Source: Nitrospira japonica (GTDB taxonomy: Bacteria; Nitrospirota; Thermodesulfovibrionia; Thermodesulfovibrionales; SM23-35). Taken from it: 64,000 nt of DNA. Both the position numbers and the translations under genes were made by a program. The notes beneath the pieces were generated by a model. It did no database searches. It had not been told where the DNA came from and was given only the letters and a program-made list of their open reading frames with translations. The stretch covers positions 1 to 64,000 of the forward strand of contig DYFC01000060.1 of the NCBI GenBank assembly GCA_020725385.1, read 5' to 3'. Positions 31,572-41,686 of the stretch are shown here, in pieces; within the stretch, counting starts at the first letter, position 1, and every line of letters starts with the position of its first letter.

Positions 31572-31599
31572 TGGATTTTTGGTCAAGCCAGAGAATGAC
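31572..31599. repeat. REP-like palindromic element
   Basis: TGGATTTTTGGTCAAGCCAGAGAATGAC, reverse-complement relative of GTCATTCTCGGGCTTGACACGAGAATCCA at 41470. Confidence 0.6.
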
Positions 31600-31620
31600 T
31601 ATCTGATAGTATTTTAATTT

Positions 31621-31648
31621 TAAAGAATTAAACAATTAATTCCGATAT
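31621..31648 (+). promoter_or_regulatory. Sigma28 (FliA) promoter of the chemotaxis operon
   Basis: TAAA-N16-TCCGATAT, 41 nt upstream of the HEAT gene. Confidence 0.6.
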
Positions 31649-31689
31649 AAGATGAGAATACTTATGTTTGAATAGAAGAGGTAAATAAT

Positions 31690-33579
31690 ATGTCAATCTC
31701 GAATAGAAAAATAACAAGATTAATAAAAGACCTTTTTGATATTGATGCACAAAAAAGACATATGGCTGCAGAAGTTCTTGGTGAAGGAGATGAAAGAGTA
31801 ATTTATCCATTAATTCGGGCTCTTAAAGATGATAATCCCGGTGTTCAGGATGCTGCAATGCGTTCATTGATTCGCATAGGTGGTGAAGTAACTGCTTATA
31901 TGATTATTCCTTTACTTAGAGACGAGCCATTATTAAGAAATACTGCTTTAATAATTCTGAAAGAAATAGGTGAGGTTACCGTACCTTTACTCAAGCCGCT
32001 ACTAAAGGATAAAGATTATGATATTCGCAAGTTCGCTCTTGATCTTATATCTGAAATTAAGAAATGTGACTATCCTGAAGAAATAAAAAGGTTATTAAAA
32101 GAAGACCCGAACCCCAATGTACGTGCTTCTGCTGCAAAGGTAATAGGACTTCTCCAATATAAAGAAGCAGTATCTTCTCTCCTGGATGCTCTTAATGATG
32201 AGGAGTGGGTTTGTTTCTCTGCACTGGAATCTTTATCAATGTTCAAGGATGACTCAACAATAAACTCTATAATAGCATTACTCAATAATTCATCCGAGTC
32301 AATAAGATATGCAGCAATTGATACTTTAGGAAAGATTGGTTTTCCGGAAGCTGGAAAAGCATTATTGGAATACTTTAAAAGAGCCAATGAATTCGAAAAA
32401 GAGGCGATTCTAAAAAGTCTTGTCCGGATAGGAATGACTCCAACCTTCCCTGAATCATCGGAAATCCTAAAAAATATTCTTAAAAATGGTGATTGGGATG
32501 AAAAGATGATAGCTCTTAAGGGTATCGCCGATATTAAAGATGTAAGCGCAATTAAAGATATTGTTGACCTTGCAGGTTCTTTAGATTCATCAGAGCCTGA
32601 TGATGAAGATAAACTTATTTTTATTAAACATATTCTAATGATTATAGGAAGTAATGATTCATTAATAGATGTTTTGAATGATCCCGGAATTCGTTACAGG
32701 GGTCGGAGAATAGCGGTTGAAGTTCTCGGGGAACTCGGGTATAGGAATGCTGTCCCGTATATAATAAATTTGCTCGGGATAGATTTTAGAGATGTGAGAA
32801 GAGCTGCTGCAAAAGCGCTAGTTGATATGCCAGATAAGAATATAGGTAATATCTTACTTGATGCCATTGATGATGAAGATGGACATGTTAGAAAAGAGGC
32901 GATAATTGCACTCGGAAAGATTGGCGACAAAACAGCTTTTCTACCTTTAATGAATTGTCTTTTAAAAGAACCTTATAAGGATGTTGTTGAAGAAATAATT
33001 AAAACTCTTCTTATTCTCGATGCAGAATCCGTTTATAAATATTTAAATGAATTCCCGGATTCCATTAAGGAAATAGTAGCAAGATATTCGGATGATATTG
33101 ATATGTTAATTAAGCTTTCGGAAGAAGGAAACAAAGATATTAGAACCGCAGCAATTATTAGTTTGGGGAATTTCAATGAAGAAAAAGTATTTAATAGGTT
33201 ATCTAATGCACTAAAAGATAGCGAACCCGAGGTTAGAAAAGCAGCTGTAATGGCTATGGGAAATATGAATTGTAGTTGTGATGGTATAAAAACCGCGCTT
33301 AATGACCCTGATATGTGGGTAAGGATTTATGCTGTAAAGACATTAAGCCGTACACTTAAACAAGATACGGTTAACTCGCTAAAAAACATGCTTTCAGACA
33401 GAGATATTCCTGTAGTTTTGTCAGCTATAGACGCTATTTCACAGCTTAATAAAGAAGATTCATTCGCAATATTGAGACCTTTACTTGAGCATCATGAAGA
33501 AGAAATAAGAGAAAAAGTTCACAATATTATATTTGGAAATTGTGAATATGAAGACAAAAATATGGTGGTAGTGAGATGA
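31690..33579 (+). CDS. HEAT/PBS-lyase repeat protein
   Basis: Many LxxxLxDxxxxVRxxAAxALG repeats. Confidence 0.9.
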   Translation: MSISNRKITRLIKDLFDIDAQKRHMAAEVLGEGDERVIYPLIRALKDDNPGVQDAAMRSLIRIGGEVTAYMIIPLLRDEPLLRNTALIILKEIGEVTVPLLKPLLKDKDYDIRKFALDLISEIKKCDYPEEIKRLLKEDPNPNVRASAAKVIGLLQYKEAVSSLLDALNDEEWVCFSALESLSMFKDDSTINSIIALLNNSSESIRYAAIDTLGKIGFPEAGKALLEYFKRANEFEKEAILKSLVRIGMTPTFPESSEILKNILKNGDWDEKMIALKGIADIKDVSAIKDIVDLAGSLDSSEPDDEDKLIFIKHILMIIGSNDSLIDVLNDPGIRYRGRRIAVEVLGELGYRNAVPYIINLLGIDFRDVRRAAAKALVDMPDKNIGNILLDAIDDEDGHVRKEAIIALGKIGDKTAFLPLMNCLLKEPYKDVVEEIIKTLLILDAESVYKYLNEFPDSIKEIVARYSDDIDMLIKLSEEGNKDIRTAAIISLGNFNEEKVFNRLSNALKDSEPEVRKAAVMAMGNMNCSCDGIKTALNDPDMWVRIYAVKTLSRTLKQDTVNSLKNMLSDRDIPVVLSAIDAISQLNKEDSFAILRPLLEHHEEEIREKVHNIIFGNCEYEDKNMVVVR

Positions 33580-34412
33580 GTTTGAATATGACATCATCTA
33601 ATATAAAACTCCGCGATGAGACCTTCAAACAATTAAGGGATATTATCTATGAAAAAAGCGGAATATTTATTCCGGACAATAAAAAGTATTTTCTTGAAAA
33701 TAAGCTTATCCGGAGGATTCAGGAAAAAAATTTTAACAGCTTTGAAGATTATCTATATTTAATTCGCTATAATTCAAACGGGAACGAACTATCCTCGCTT
33801 TTTGACCTTGTGACTACCAATGAAACATTCTTTTTCAGAGAACCATTACAATTTGATATTCTTTTTGATTTTATAATGCCGGAAATATCGAGGGGTAAGG
33901 GAAATAATAACTTTAAAATATGGTCTGCAGCATGTTCTACCGGTGAAGAGCCATATACAATTGTATTAATAAAAACAGAGAAAAAACCTGATATGAAACT
34001 CGATGTTTATGCTTCGGATATAAGTGAAGGTGTTATTAATGCTGCCAAAGCCGGTATTTATTCTTCCTATTCTGTGAGAAACATTCCGGAAACATATTTG
34101 AGAAAGTATTTCAAGCAAAACGGACAGGGATTTGAGTTAGATCAAAATATTAAAAATTCAGTGAGATTTTTAAATATAAATCTCAATGACGAAAAAAAAA
34201 TGAGATCAATGTATGACTTTGATGTTATATTCTGCCGTAATGTTCTTATATATTTTGATGATAAAGCAAAGCAAAAAGTGGTTTCACTTTTATATAACAG
34301 TCTTAGACCGGGGGGTTATCTAATAACAGGTTCAACTGAAAGTTTACACAATGTTACAAGGGCTTTTAAACCTGTTGTTATTAACAAAGCAATTGTTTAC
34401 AGGAGGACATAA
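33576..34412 (+). CDS. cheR: Chemotaxis methyltransferase
   Basis: TTNETFFFRE, IWSAACSTGEEPY, FDVIFCRNVLIYF. Confidence 0.95.
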   Translation: MSLNMTSSNIKLRDETFKQLRDIIYEKSGIFIPDNKKYFLENKLIRRIQEKNFNSFEDYLYLIRYNSNGNELSSLFDLVTTNETFFFREPLQFDILFDFIMPEISRGKGNNNFKIWSAACSTGEEPYTIVLIKTEKKPDMKLDVYASDISEGVINAAKAGIYSSYSVRNIPETYLRKYFKQNGQGFELDQNIKNSVRFLNINLNDEKKMRSMYDFDVIFCRNVLIYFDDKAKQKVVSLLYNSLRPGGYLITGSTESLHNVTRAFKPVVINKAIVYRRT

Positions 34413-34414
34413 AA

Positions 34415-34804
34415 ATGAAAATACTGGTAGTTGATGATTGTCCTACTACGAGAAAATTGATTAGCCTTTATCTTAAATCAAAGGGTTTCTTAGTAGTCAC
34501 GGCAGAGAATGGATTGGATGCTATAGAAAAGCTTGGAGCCGGAGATATTAATTTGATACTTTCTGATATAAATATGCCTTATATGGATGGGATTGAATTC
34601 TTAAAAACAGTAAGATCGGATCCAAATTCTTCCCATATCCCGATTTTTATGGTAACAACCGAGTCTGATCCCGAAGAGAAAGAAAGGGCATTTAAAATTG
34701 GTGCAACTGGTTATATGGTTAAACCTGTGACAGCGGAACAGGTAGTTACTGCTGTTAAGCAGATTCTTAAACAAACTTTTATAAAGGCGGGTTGCAATGT
34801 ATAA
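34415..34804 (+). CDS. Single-domain CheY-like response regulator
   Basis: ILVVDD, D-INMP, T, KP. Confidence 0.9.
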   Translation: MKILVVDDCPTTRKLISLYLKSKGFLVVTAENGLDAIEKLGAGDINLILSDINMPYMDGIEFLKTVRSDPNSSHIPIFMVTTESDPEEKERAFKIGATGYMVKPVTAEQVVTAVKQILKQTFIKAGCNV

Positions 34805-35186
34805 CTACAAAATGAAGATACTAATTGTGGATGATTTCCCAACGATGAGAAGAATCATTAAAAATCTTTTCAAACAGCTTGGTTTTGAAAATATTGAAGA
34901 AGCTGAAGATGGAGCAATTGCTTATTCAAAGTTAAAAAGCGGTGGATTCGAATTTGTATGTTCTGATTGGAACATGCCTAATATGGATGGTTTTGAACTT
35001 CTCCAGAAAGTCCGATCCGATAACGAACTTAAAGGCATGCCTTTTCTTATGGTTACCGCAGAGGCTGAGAAGCAAAAAGTAATAGAAGCAATTAAAGCCG
35101 GGGTCAATAATTATATTGTGAAACCATTCACTGCAGAAACATTAAAAGAAAAATTAGACAAGATATTTGAAAAATTAGGTAAATAG
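34797..35186 (+). CDS. cheY: Chemotaxis response regulator CheY
   Basis: [31 protein letters not shown]. Confidence 0.95.
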   Translation: MYNYKMKILIVDDFPTMRRIIKNLFKQLGFENIEEAEDGAIAYSKLKSGGFEFVCSDWNMPNMDGFELLQKVRSDNELKGMPFLMVTAEAEKQKVIEAIKAGVNNYIVKPFTAETLKEKLDKIFEKLGK

Positions 35187-35195
35187 GGAGAATTT

Positions 35196-36926
35196 ATGTC
35201 CGATGATTTTGATGAGATAATATCCGAATTTCTTACAGAAGCTGAAGAATCTCTTGATAAAATAGACCCTTTATTTGTTGAGATAGAAAAAAAGGGATAT
35301 GATAAAGATTTACTCAATGAAATATTCAGAATAATGCATACCATTAAAGGTGCTGCCGGTTTCCTTGGCTTCCAGCAAGTTGTTGATGTAGCTCATAGTG
35401 CAGAAAATGTCTTGAAAAAACTTCGTGACGGAGAGATTACTTTTACAAAAGAACTCATAGATGTAATACTTCATAGCGTAGACATGTTGCGGATACTTCT
35501 CGAACATATAAAATTAAAAGACGGGGAGCAAGAAGATATATCGTCTTTATTGAAAGATCTGGATGCTCTGTTGACAGACGGTCAGGAAGCTTGCGAGGTT
35601 CACTGTCAAACTATTGAAACTGAAAGCACAGTTGAGAATACAACGGAACAGGCTTCTGTTTCCGGTGAAATAGTTGAAAAGATTTGCCACGTTAATGAAA
35701 CAAAGGAAAAAGTACAACCCGAAAGAAGGGAAAGCCAACAGACTTTAAGGGTGGATGTAAGCAAACTTGATAAGGTTATGGATCTTACGGGTGAAGTTGT
35801 TCTCGTGAGGAACAGGTTGCTTAACATTGTAAGTTATCTTGAACTCAAATATTCGGATGATCCTTTTGTGCACAATCTTTTTGAGACAGTTTCTTTTCTT
35901 GATCTTGTAACATCTGATATGCAAATCGCAGTAATGAAAATGAGAATGCAACCGATAAAAAAAGTCTTCGGCAAATTTCCGCGCCTTGTCAGGGATATAT
36001 CGGGAAGTCTCGGGAAAGAAGTTAATCTAAAAATATCTGGAGAAGACACCGAAGTTGATAAATCAGTAATCGAACATATAGGAGATCCACTTGTTCATAT
36101 TATTAGAAATTCTATCGATCATGGTATAGAACCTATGGATGATAGAAGACTGAAAGGTAAAGATGAAAAAGGCTTGATCGAGATTATGGCCTATCAAAAA
36201 GGTAACCAGATAGTTATTGAAGTCAGGGATGATGGTAAAGGTATAGATTTGAATAAAGTAAAAGAAAAAGCAATTTCAAAAGGACTTATTACCCTTGAAG
36301 AAGCAGGAAGAATGAGCGAGAACGAAATTATTAATTTAATCTTTCAGCCCGGCTTTTCAACAGTTGATGTTGCGACCGAATTGAGCGGACGCGGGGTCGG
36401 AATGGATGTGGTTAAGACAAATATTTCAAGGTTAAATGGATATGTAGAAGTCAATACCAAGAAAGGCGAAGGAACATGTTTCAAAATAATTATTCCTTTG
36501 ACCCTTGCAATTATTCAGGTTCTCATGGTTGGAGCCGGGAAAGCCCAATATGCAATACCCCTCACAAATATTGAAGAAACCTTAAAAATATCAAAAAAGG
36601 ATATTACCGGTGTTGCAGGAACCAATGTAATAAATATCAGGGGAAGAGTACTTCCAATTTACGAGCTATCGTTAATTACGGGTATAAACGGGTCAAACGA
36701 TGACCCTTATCGTTATGTTGTTGTTGTTTCGATAGGTGAGGTAAAATTTTGCCTTGCACTTGATGAATTGCTCGGTCAGGAAGAGATTGTAATAAAAAAT
36801 ATTGACGGGTTACAAACCGATTCATCTTATGTGCTTGGTGCGACTATAACGGGGGAAGGGAAGGTAGTCCTCATATTGGATCCCGCAGGGATATCAAGGT
36901 ATAAACTCGGATTGATTAAAAACTGA
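35196..36926 (+). CDS. cheA: Chemotaxis histidine kinase CheA
   Basis: FRIMHTIKG (P1), RVDV..LD, HIIRNSIDHGIE, DDGKG, SGRGVGMDVV, C-terminal CheW-like P5. Confidence 0.96.
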   Translation: MSDDFDEIISEFLTEAEESLDKIDPLFVEIEKKGYDKDLLNEIFRIMHTIKGAAGFLGFQQVVDVAHSAENVLKKLRDGEITFTKELIDVILHSVDMLRILLEHIKLKDGEQEDISSLLKDLDALLTDGQEACEVHCQTIETESTVENTTEQASVSGEIVEKICHVNETKEKVQPERRESQQTLRVDVSKLDKVMDLTGEVVLVRNRLLNIVSYLELKYSDDPFVHNLFETVSFLDLVTSDMQIAVMKMRMQPIKKVFGKFPRLVRDISGSLGKEVNLKISGEDTEVDKSVIEHIGDPLVHIIRNSIDHGIEPMDDRRLKGKDEKGLIEIMAYQKGNQIVIEVRDDGKGIDLNKVKEKAISKGLITLEEAGRMSENEIINLIFQPGFSTVDVATELSGRGVGMDVVKTNISRLNGYVEVNTKKGEGTCFKIIIPLTLAIIQVLMVGAGKAQYAIPLTNIEETLKISKKDITGVAGTNVINIRGRVLPIYELSLITGINGSNDDPYRYVVVVSIGEVKFCLALDELLGQEEIVIKNIDGLQTDSSYVLGATITGEGKVVLILDPAGISRYKLGLIKN

Positions 36927-36953
36927 TTTTCTGGTTAAAAGAAAGGATTTAAA

Positions 36954-38144
36954 ATGCAATATATAGCATTCAATCTAAATAAGGCTGAATATTCTATCCC
37001 GATTCTAAAGGTGAGAGAGATAATTAAAACACCATCGATAACAAAAATGCCCCAGACACCAATTTATGTTGAAGGAATTACAAATATTCGCGGGACGGTA
37101 ATCCCTATAATTAATCTGAAAGAACTTATTAATTCGAATGGCAACGGTAATAAAGGAGATAATGTGATTGTTATCTCTTCAGGAAAAGTACTATTCGGAA
37201 TACTGGTCGATGAAATTACAGGTGTTATTGATATCGATGAAACATTGATTGAACCTGCGCAAAAATTTCTTAACGGAAATTCCGAGCAAATAGAAGGAAT
37301 TGCAAAGTTGCCCGATAGACTTATTGTTATGCTCGATACAAGGAACCTTCTTCCACTTAATGACATTAGTTTGTTTGATGATATTGTATCCGAGTTTAAA
37401 GAAAAGGGAGAAGAAGTAGTAGAAGTGACAAAATCAGTTCAGACAATGGCGGGAGAAGTTAAAGTTAAGGAGATATGCGATGCCAAGACTTTTTTTGAAC
37501 AAAGGGGTATAAATTCCAGCGATTCAAGATATGTTATATTCGATGACATTATAAATTTTATAGATGCACTTTCAGAGCACGATTACCAAAAAGCAGACCT
37601 TGCGGTACAGAAAATTATAAAAAAAGGGCAAAATAATCTTTATACTGAAGTTGGAAGAATTACCAGAAAATTACATGATTCTCTCAGGAATTTCAAGGAA
37701 GCAATTGATCCAAGAGTAAAGGAGATGGCTACTGTTGATATGCCAAATGCCATAGATCGATTGCAGTTTGTGATAGAAAAAACAGAAGAGGCTGCAAATA
37801 AAACTCTCGGGATTGTTGAACAATATATATTGAAAATGGATGATCTTTCTTTGCATTTGCGTAACATCGAGGGTTCCGGGGAGTCATTAAAATATCTTAA
37901 AGATTTCAAGAGCAAGCTTGAAGATGATCTTACAGAAATAATAACCACACAATCTTTTCAAGATATTACGGGACAGATTCTTAAAAAAGTTATTAGTCTC
38001 GTTGGTGATATAGAAGAGGAACTCGTAAGTCTTATAACTAATTTTGGTGTAAAAATAGATCAGGGTGTAAAAGCGGATTCTGAAAAATCTGAACAAGTGT
38101 CCCAGAATGATGTTGATGAATTGTTAAAGGAATTTGGCTTCTAA
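36954..38144 (+). CDS. CheW-CheZ fusion protein
   Basis: N-terminal CheW domain (VEGITNIRG.VIPII.L, GILVDEI); C-terminal CheZ (ITRKLHDSL, TEEAANKT, QSFQDITGQ, SQNDVDELLKEFGF). Confidence 0.85.
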   Translation: MQYIAFNLNKAEYSIPILKVREIIKTPSITKMPQTPIYVEGITNIRGTVIPIINLKELINSNGNGNKGDNVIVISSGKVLFGILVDEITGVIDIDETLIEPAQKFLNGNSEQIEGIAKLPDRLIVMLDTRNLLPLNDISLFDDIVSEFKEKGEEVVEVTKSVQTMAGEVKVKEICDAKTFFEQRGINSSDSRYVIFDDIINFIDALSEHDYQKADLAVQKIIKKGQNNLYTEVGRITRKLHDSLRNFKEAIDPRVKEMATVDMPNAIDRLQFVIEKTEEAANKTLGIVEQYILKMDDLSLHLRNIEGSGESLKYLKDFKSKLEDDLTEIITTQSFQDITGQILKKVISLVGDIEEELVSLITNFGVKIDQGVKADSEKSEQVSQNDVDELLKEFGF

Positions 38145-39202
38145 TGGTAAATGTATTGATTGTTGATGATTCAGCTTTTATGCGCAATGCGCTTTCAAGT
38201 ATGTTGTCTTCGGATCCTGAGATAAAAATAATAGGAACCGCAAAAGATGGTATGGAAGCCATAGAAAAGGTACAACTACTTAAACCCGATGTTGTGACAA
38301 TGGATATCGAAATGCCTCGAATGGATGGTCTTACTGCTTTAAAAAATATTATGGAAAAAAATCCTGTTCCGGTGATTATGGTAAGTTCAATCACAACAGA
38401 AGGAGCTAAAGTAACTCTTGATGCGCTTGATCTTGGAGCCGCTGATTTTATTCCAAAGAACCTTTCCGAACTTTCGGTTAACATCGTAAAAATAAAGGGA
38501 ATCCTTACAGAAAAAGTAAAAACCATAGCCAGAAAAGGAATAATAAGAAATCGTATCAAGAAAACATCAAATATACAAAAACTACCGGAAGTTTCAAAGC
38601 ATATAGGTTCAAATGTTATTGGTGAACGAAGAATAGCTATTGTATCTATTGGGACTTCAACAGGTGGTCCTAAAGCACTCCAGGAAGTAATTCCTAAAAT
38701 ACCAAAGGATTTTCCCGTTCCTATTGTGGTAGCACAACATATGCCGCCAAACTTTACAAAACCTTTTGCGGAAAGACTGGATCAATTAAGTCTTTTAACA
38801 GTCAAAGAAGCAGAGGAGGGCGAACCGTTAAAACCCGGTCTGGTATTTGTTGCACCCGGAAAAGGTAATATGAGAATTGCACGTAAGAAAGGGATAGAAA
38901 CTGTTGTTAATATTACGGAATATCATGAAGAAGAATTTCTTTATCGTCCTTCGGTTGACGCATTAATGCTCTCTGTCGCAGAGTGTTTTCCGGGCAGAGC
39001 CCTTGGAGTAATACTTACTGGTATGGGAAATGATGGTCTTAAAGGACTAATTATGATTAAAAGAACCGGCGGTAGAATTTTTGCACAGAATGAAGAAACC
39101 TGTGTTGTCTATGGAATGCCGAAAGCTGTCATAGAAGCAGGTCTTGCAGACAAAGTTCTTCCCGTTGAACAAATTGCAGGAGAGATTATTAATGCTGTAT
39201 AG
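38144..39202 (+). CDS. cheB: Chemotaxis methylesterase
   Basis: REC domain plus GTSTGGP, QHMPP, RPSVD, LTGMGNDG, VVYGMP. Confidence 0.96.
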   Translation: MVNVLIVDDSAFMRNALSSMLSSDPEIKIIGTAKDGMEAIEKVQLLKPDVVTMDIEMPRMDGLTALKNIMEKNPVPVIMVSSITTEGAKVTLDALDLGAADFIPKNLSELSVNIVKIKGILTEKVKTIARKGIIRNRIKKTSNIQKLPEVSKHIGSNVIGERRIAIVSIGTSTGGPKALQEVIPKIPKDFPVPIVVAQHMPPNFTKPFAERLDQLSLLTVKEAEEGEPLKPGLVFVAPGKGNMRIARKKGIETVVNITEYHEEEFLYRPSVDALMLSVAECFPGRALGVILTGMGNDGLKGLIMIKRTGGRIFAQNEETCVVYGMPKAVIEAGLADKVLPVEQIAGEIINAV

Positions 39203-39213
39203 ATTAGAAAAAT

Positions 39214-39438
39214 CTAATCTTCATATTCTTCAAATGTCTCTTCAAGCTCAAAGAGTAAGTCTCTAATTTCGTCTATCTTTTCAAATATCTTGTCAGCGGT
39301 ATCTGAAATATTTGCTGTATCGTCAATATTAGTTATTTCTTTTGTCTGTGTGATACCTTCTTCACAAAGATTTTCTATTTCTGAAAAACAATTTATTATT
39401 TCACTTTGCAGATCAGATTTTTTTCTAAGTTCAGCCAT
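39214..39438 (-). CDS. Small acidic coiled-coil hypothetical protein
   Basis: 74 aa, GGAAGGAG RBS, strongly acidic helical sequence. Confidence 0.6.
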   Translation of the reverse strand: MAELRKKSDLQSEIINCFSEIENLCEEGITQTKEITNIDDTANISDTADKIFEKIDEIRDLLFELEETFEEYED

Positions 39439-39622
39439 ACTATCTCCTTCCGGTTAATTTTAATTTTTTATTTTATCATATAGGCTAAATAAAAAGCTTC
39501 AAGCATTTTATTATAGCACGCATGATTAAAATAAATTTTTGGATAATTTTTTTTGTATTATTCACACTGGGTTGTGTCAATACACGATTATCTGGTTCCC
39601 TCTATCAGAGAAAGGGGTATCA

Positions 39623-39886
39623 TCACGTCTTTTTTGAGACCCAGTAAATGAAAGCAAGGATTTCCGCGACAGCCCTGTACAGTTCGGGTGGAATTTCCTG
39701 ATATAATTCAAGCGTTGAAAGGATTTCAACAAGTTTTACATCTTCTTTTATAGGGATATTATGCTCTTTCGCTATTTGTATTATTTTTTCGGCTATAGAG
39801 CCACTTCCTTTGGCAATAATCTTCGGAGCAGAATCTTTATGATGTTCATAACTTAATGCAGCGGCTTTTTTTCGTTGATTTTTCAT
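39623..39886 (-). CDS. Stand-alone FlhB C-terminal domain protein (EscU/YscU family)
   Basis: AAAL.Y..SAPKIIAKG.G..AEKII..AKEHNIPI, IPPELYRAVAEILAF. Confidence 0.9.
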   Translation of the reverse strand: MKNQRKKAAALSYEHHKDSAPKIIAKGSGSIAEKIIQIAKEHNIPIKEDVKLVEILSTLELYQEIPPELYRAVAEILAFIYWVSKKT

Positions 39887-41127
39887 ATCTTAATATTTAG
39901 TTTTCCCTCAAAATTACTGATTTTATCCAATTCAGAAACAGAGAATTTTTTATCAATTAAAATAGTATTTCCAAGATTTAGTCCTGATTCTTTAAATCTT
40001 TTATCGAGTTCATTAATATGAGAGCGTAGTTGTTTTAGAAAAGTATCATTTTCAGCCCTAAAATAAACAGTGAAAGATTTATTGTTCATTAAAACCATGA
40101 TATTCAAAATACCTTGTTCTTCAAGGTCAAGATCTATGCGGCAGGAAAAAGTATTTTCTGAAATATCTTTTTTATTCTTTTTAAATCTAATATCACTGTT
40201 TATTAGTCTGTCCCAGAAAATTGGTATGAAAGTGTAAAAAGAGTCTGTTAACTTGGATAGAACCTGATAAGTCTCAATGTCTTTAATAAGACCATTTACT
40301 AACTCTAAGGAATCTTCCTTATTTTCTGATATTAATATGCTTTTTAGTTGTAGTAATTGTGCCTTTAGATCAAGCCTGGTTTCTGATATATCAATTTGTT
40401 GTTTTGAAATATCAGGGGGTACGATTTTATTTAAAATATGACTGATTAATTTTAGTTTTGTTTCAAGAATTACGCCGGTACCTTGAAGTGAATTCTTAAG
40501 ATTTATGTAATGAAATTTTTCAATATCAATAATCATATTTTTTTTATAGAGTTCAAAAGTTTTTAAAAATGATTCTTTTGAAACAAGATTATCAGGCAAT
40601 TTCTGTAGCAACTCTGTAAATCTTGAGATAATGCTTTTGCCACTTGAGCCAAGACTTTGTTTGAGTATTTCTTGAAATTGAGTTTTAATATTTGAAGACA
40701 GATTATTCAAATTATCCGGTAACTCTTTTATAAAATGTTCAAGTAATTCGAGACATTTTTGAGAAGAAATATTATTTTTAGGAAATAACTTTCCAATGTC
40801 CTGAATAATTTTATTTAAAGCATTATTGTCCGATGGTATTACTTTTTGTGGAGGTATTTCTTCTTGTACATACCCGAGAAATTGCAATTTCAATTCAGTG
40901 CCTTCTTTATTGCTTCCAAGAACCTTAAAGATAACATCGGTATTATTTTTAATCGGTATATCGGTCTTGGCAGTAAGAGTACTGCCTTTTATTTTTAAGG
41001 TTATAGCGCCGGAAGCAAGAATATCCAATATCTCAGCTTTAATTAATTCTCCAATTTTAAAAGACAAAGGTTTTCCGAGGGGTTTTATAACAGTCAAAAT
41101 ATCAGGGTTTATTCTAAAATTATCCAT
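39883..41127 (-). CDS. Flagellar hook-length control protein FliK-like
   Basis: Variable 414-aa protein with C-terminal IDLDLEEQG.LNI..L...F domain; coupled to flhB-like gene. Confidence 0.65.
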   Translation of the reverse strand: MDNFRINPDILTVIKPLGKPLSFKIGELIKAEILDILASGAITLKIKGSTLTAKTDIPIKNNTDVIFKVLGSNKEGTELKLQFLGYVQEEIPPQKVIPSDNNALNKIIQDIGKLFPKNNISSQKCLELLEHFIKELPDNLNNLSSNIKTQFQEILKQSLGSSGKSIISRFTELLQKLPDNLVSKESFLKTFELYKKNMIIDIEKFHYINLKNSLQGTGVILETKLKLISHILNKIVPPDISKQQIDISETRLDLKAQLLQLKSILISENKEDSLELVNGLIKDIETYQVLSKLTDSFYTFIPIFWDRLINSDIRFKKNKKDISENTFSCRIDLDLEEQGILNIMVLMNNKSFTVYFRAENDTFLKQLRSHINELDKRFKESGLNLGNTILIDKKFSVSELDKISNFEGKLNIKI

Positions 41128-41261
41128 ATACTTATTATACCCATTCGGCGTATTTAATATTCCTGCATATCTGGCGACGGAGTTGCGGTAACGGCGTCAA
41201 TCAGATTTACAAAAAGTCTTTAGATATGTTTTCTTGAATTAAAATTAATGATATAAATATT

Positions 41262-41604
41262 GATTCTTCTCCAATTTAGTTGCTCTAAAACTCTCTTTTG
41301 TCACTCCTCCGAAAACCTTCTGTGTCATTCTCTGGCCCTCTGGGCAAGCAAGAGGATGAACTTGAGCAGAGAATCCATTAGTTACCTGTCATACCGCGAC
41401 TTGATCATGGTATCCAGAAAGCTTAATTTCTGGATTCCCCGATTAAATCGGGGAATGACTCTTTTTTCTGTCATTCTCGGGCTTGACACGAGAATCCAGA
41501 AGATTTAAATAATGATTCCCCGATTCCGCCACAAAAACGGGGGGCAGGCAAGTATGGGAATGACAGTGTGTCTATTTATTCAGCAACTTTTTTGGAGAAG
41601 AATC
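41262..41604. mobile_element. MITE-like element with 23-bp terminal inverted repeats enclosing five REP-like hairpins
   Basis: Left GATTCTTCTCCAATTTAGTTGCT vs right (reverse complement) GATTCTTCTCCAAAAAAGTTGCT, 20/23 identical; internal GTCAT..GAATCC palindromes. Confidence 0.65.
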
Positions 41605-41686
41605 TTATTTTTTTAATCTTGCTATTGACTCTCTTTTTATCTATAATGATATGTTTTTAGATTAATTTTTACAGGAGGTATCAGTT

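Noticed and set aside
41260-41508. 82-aa ORF
   Set aside because: Lies entirely within the palindromic repeat element; no protein-like features
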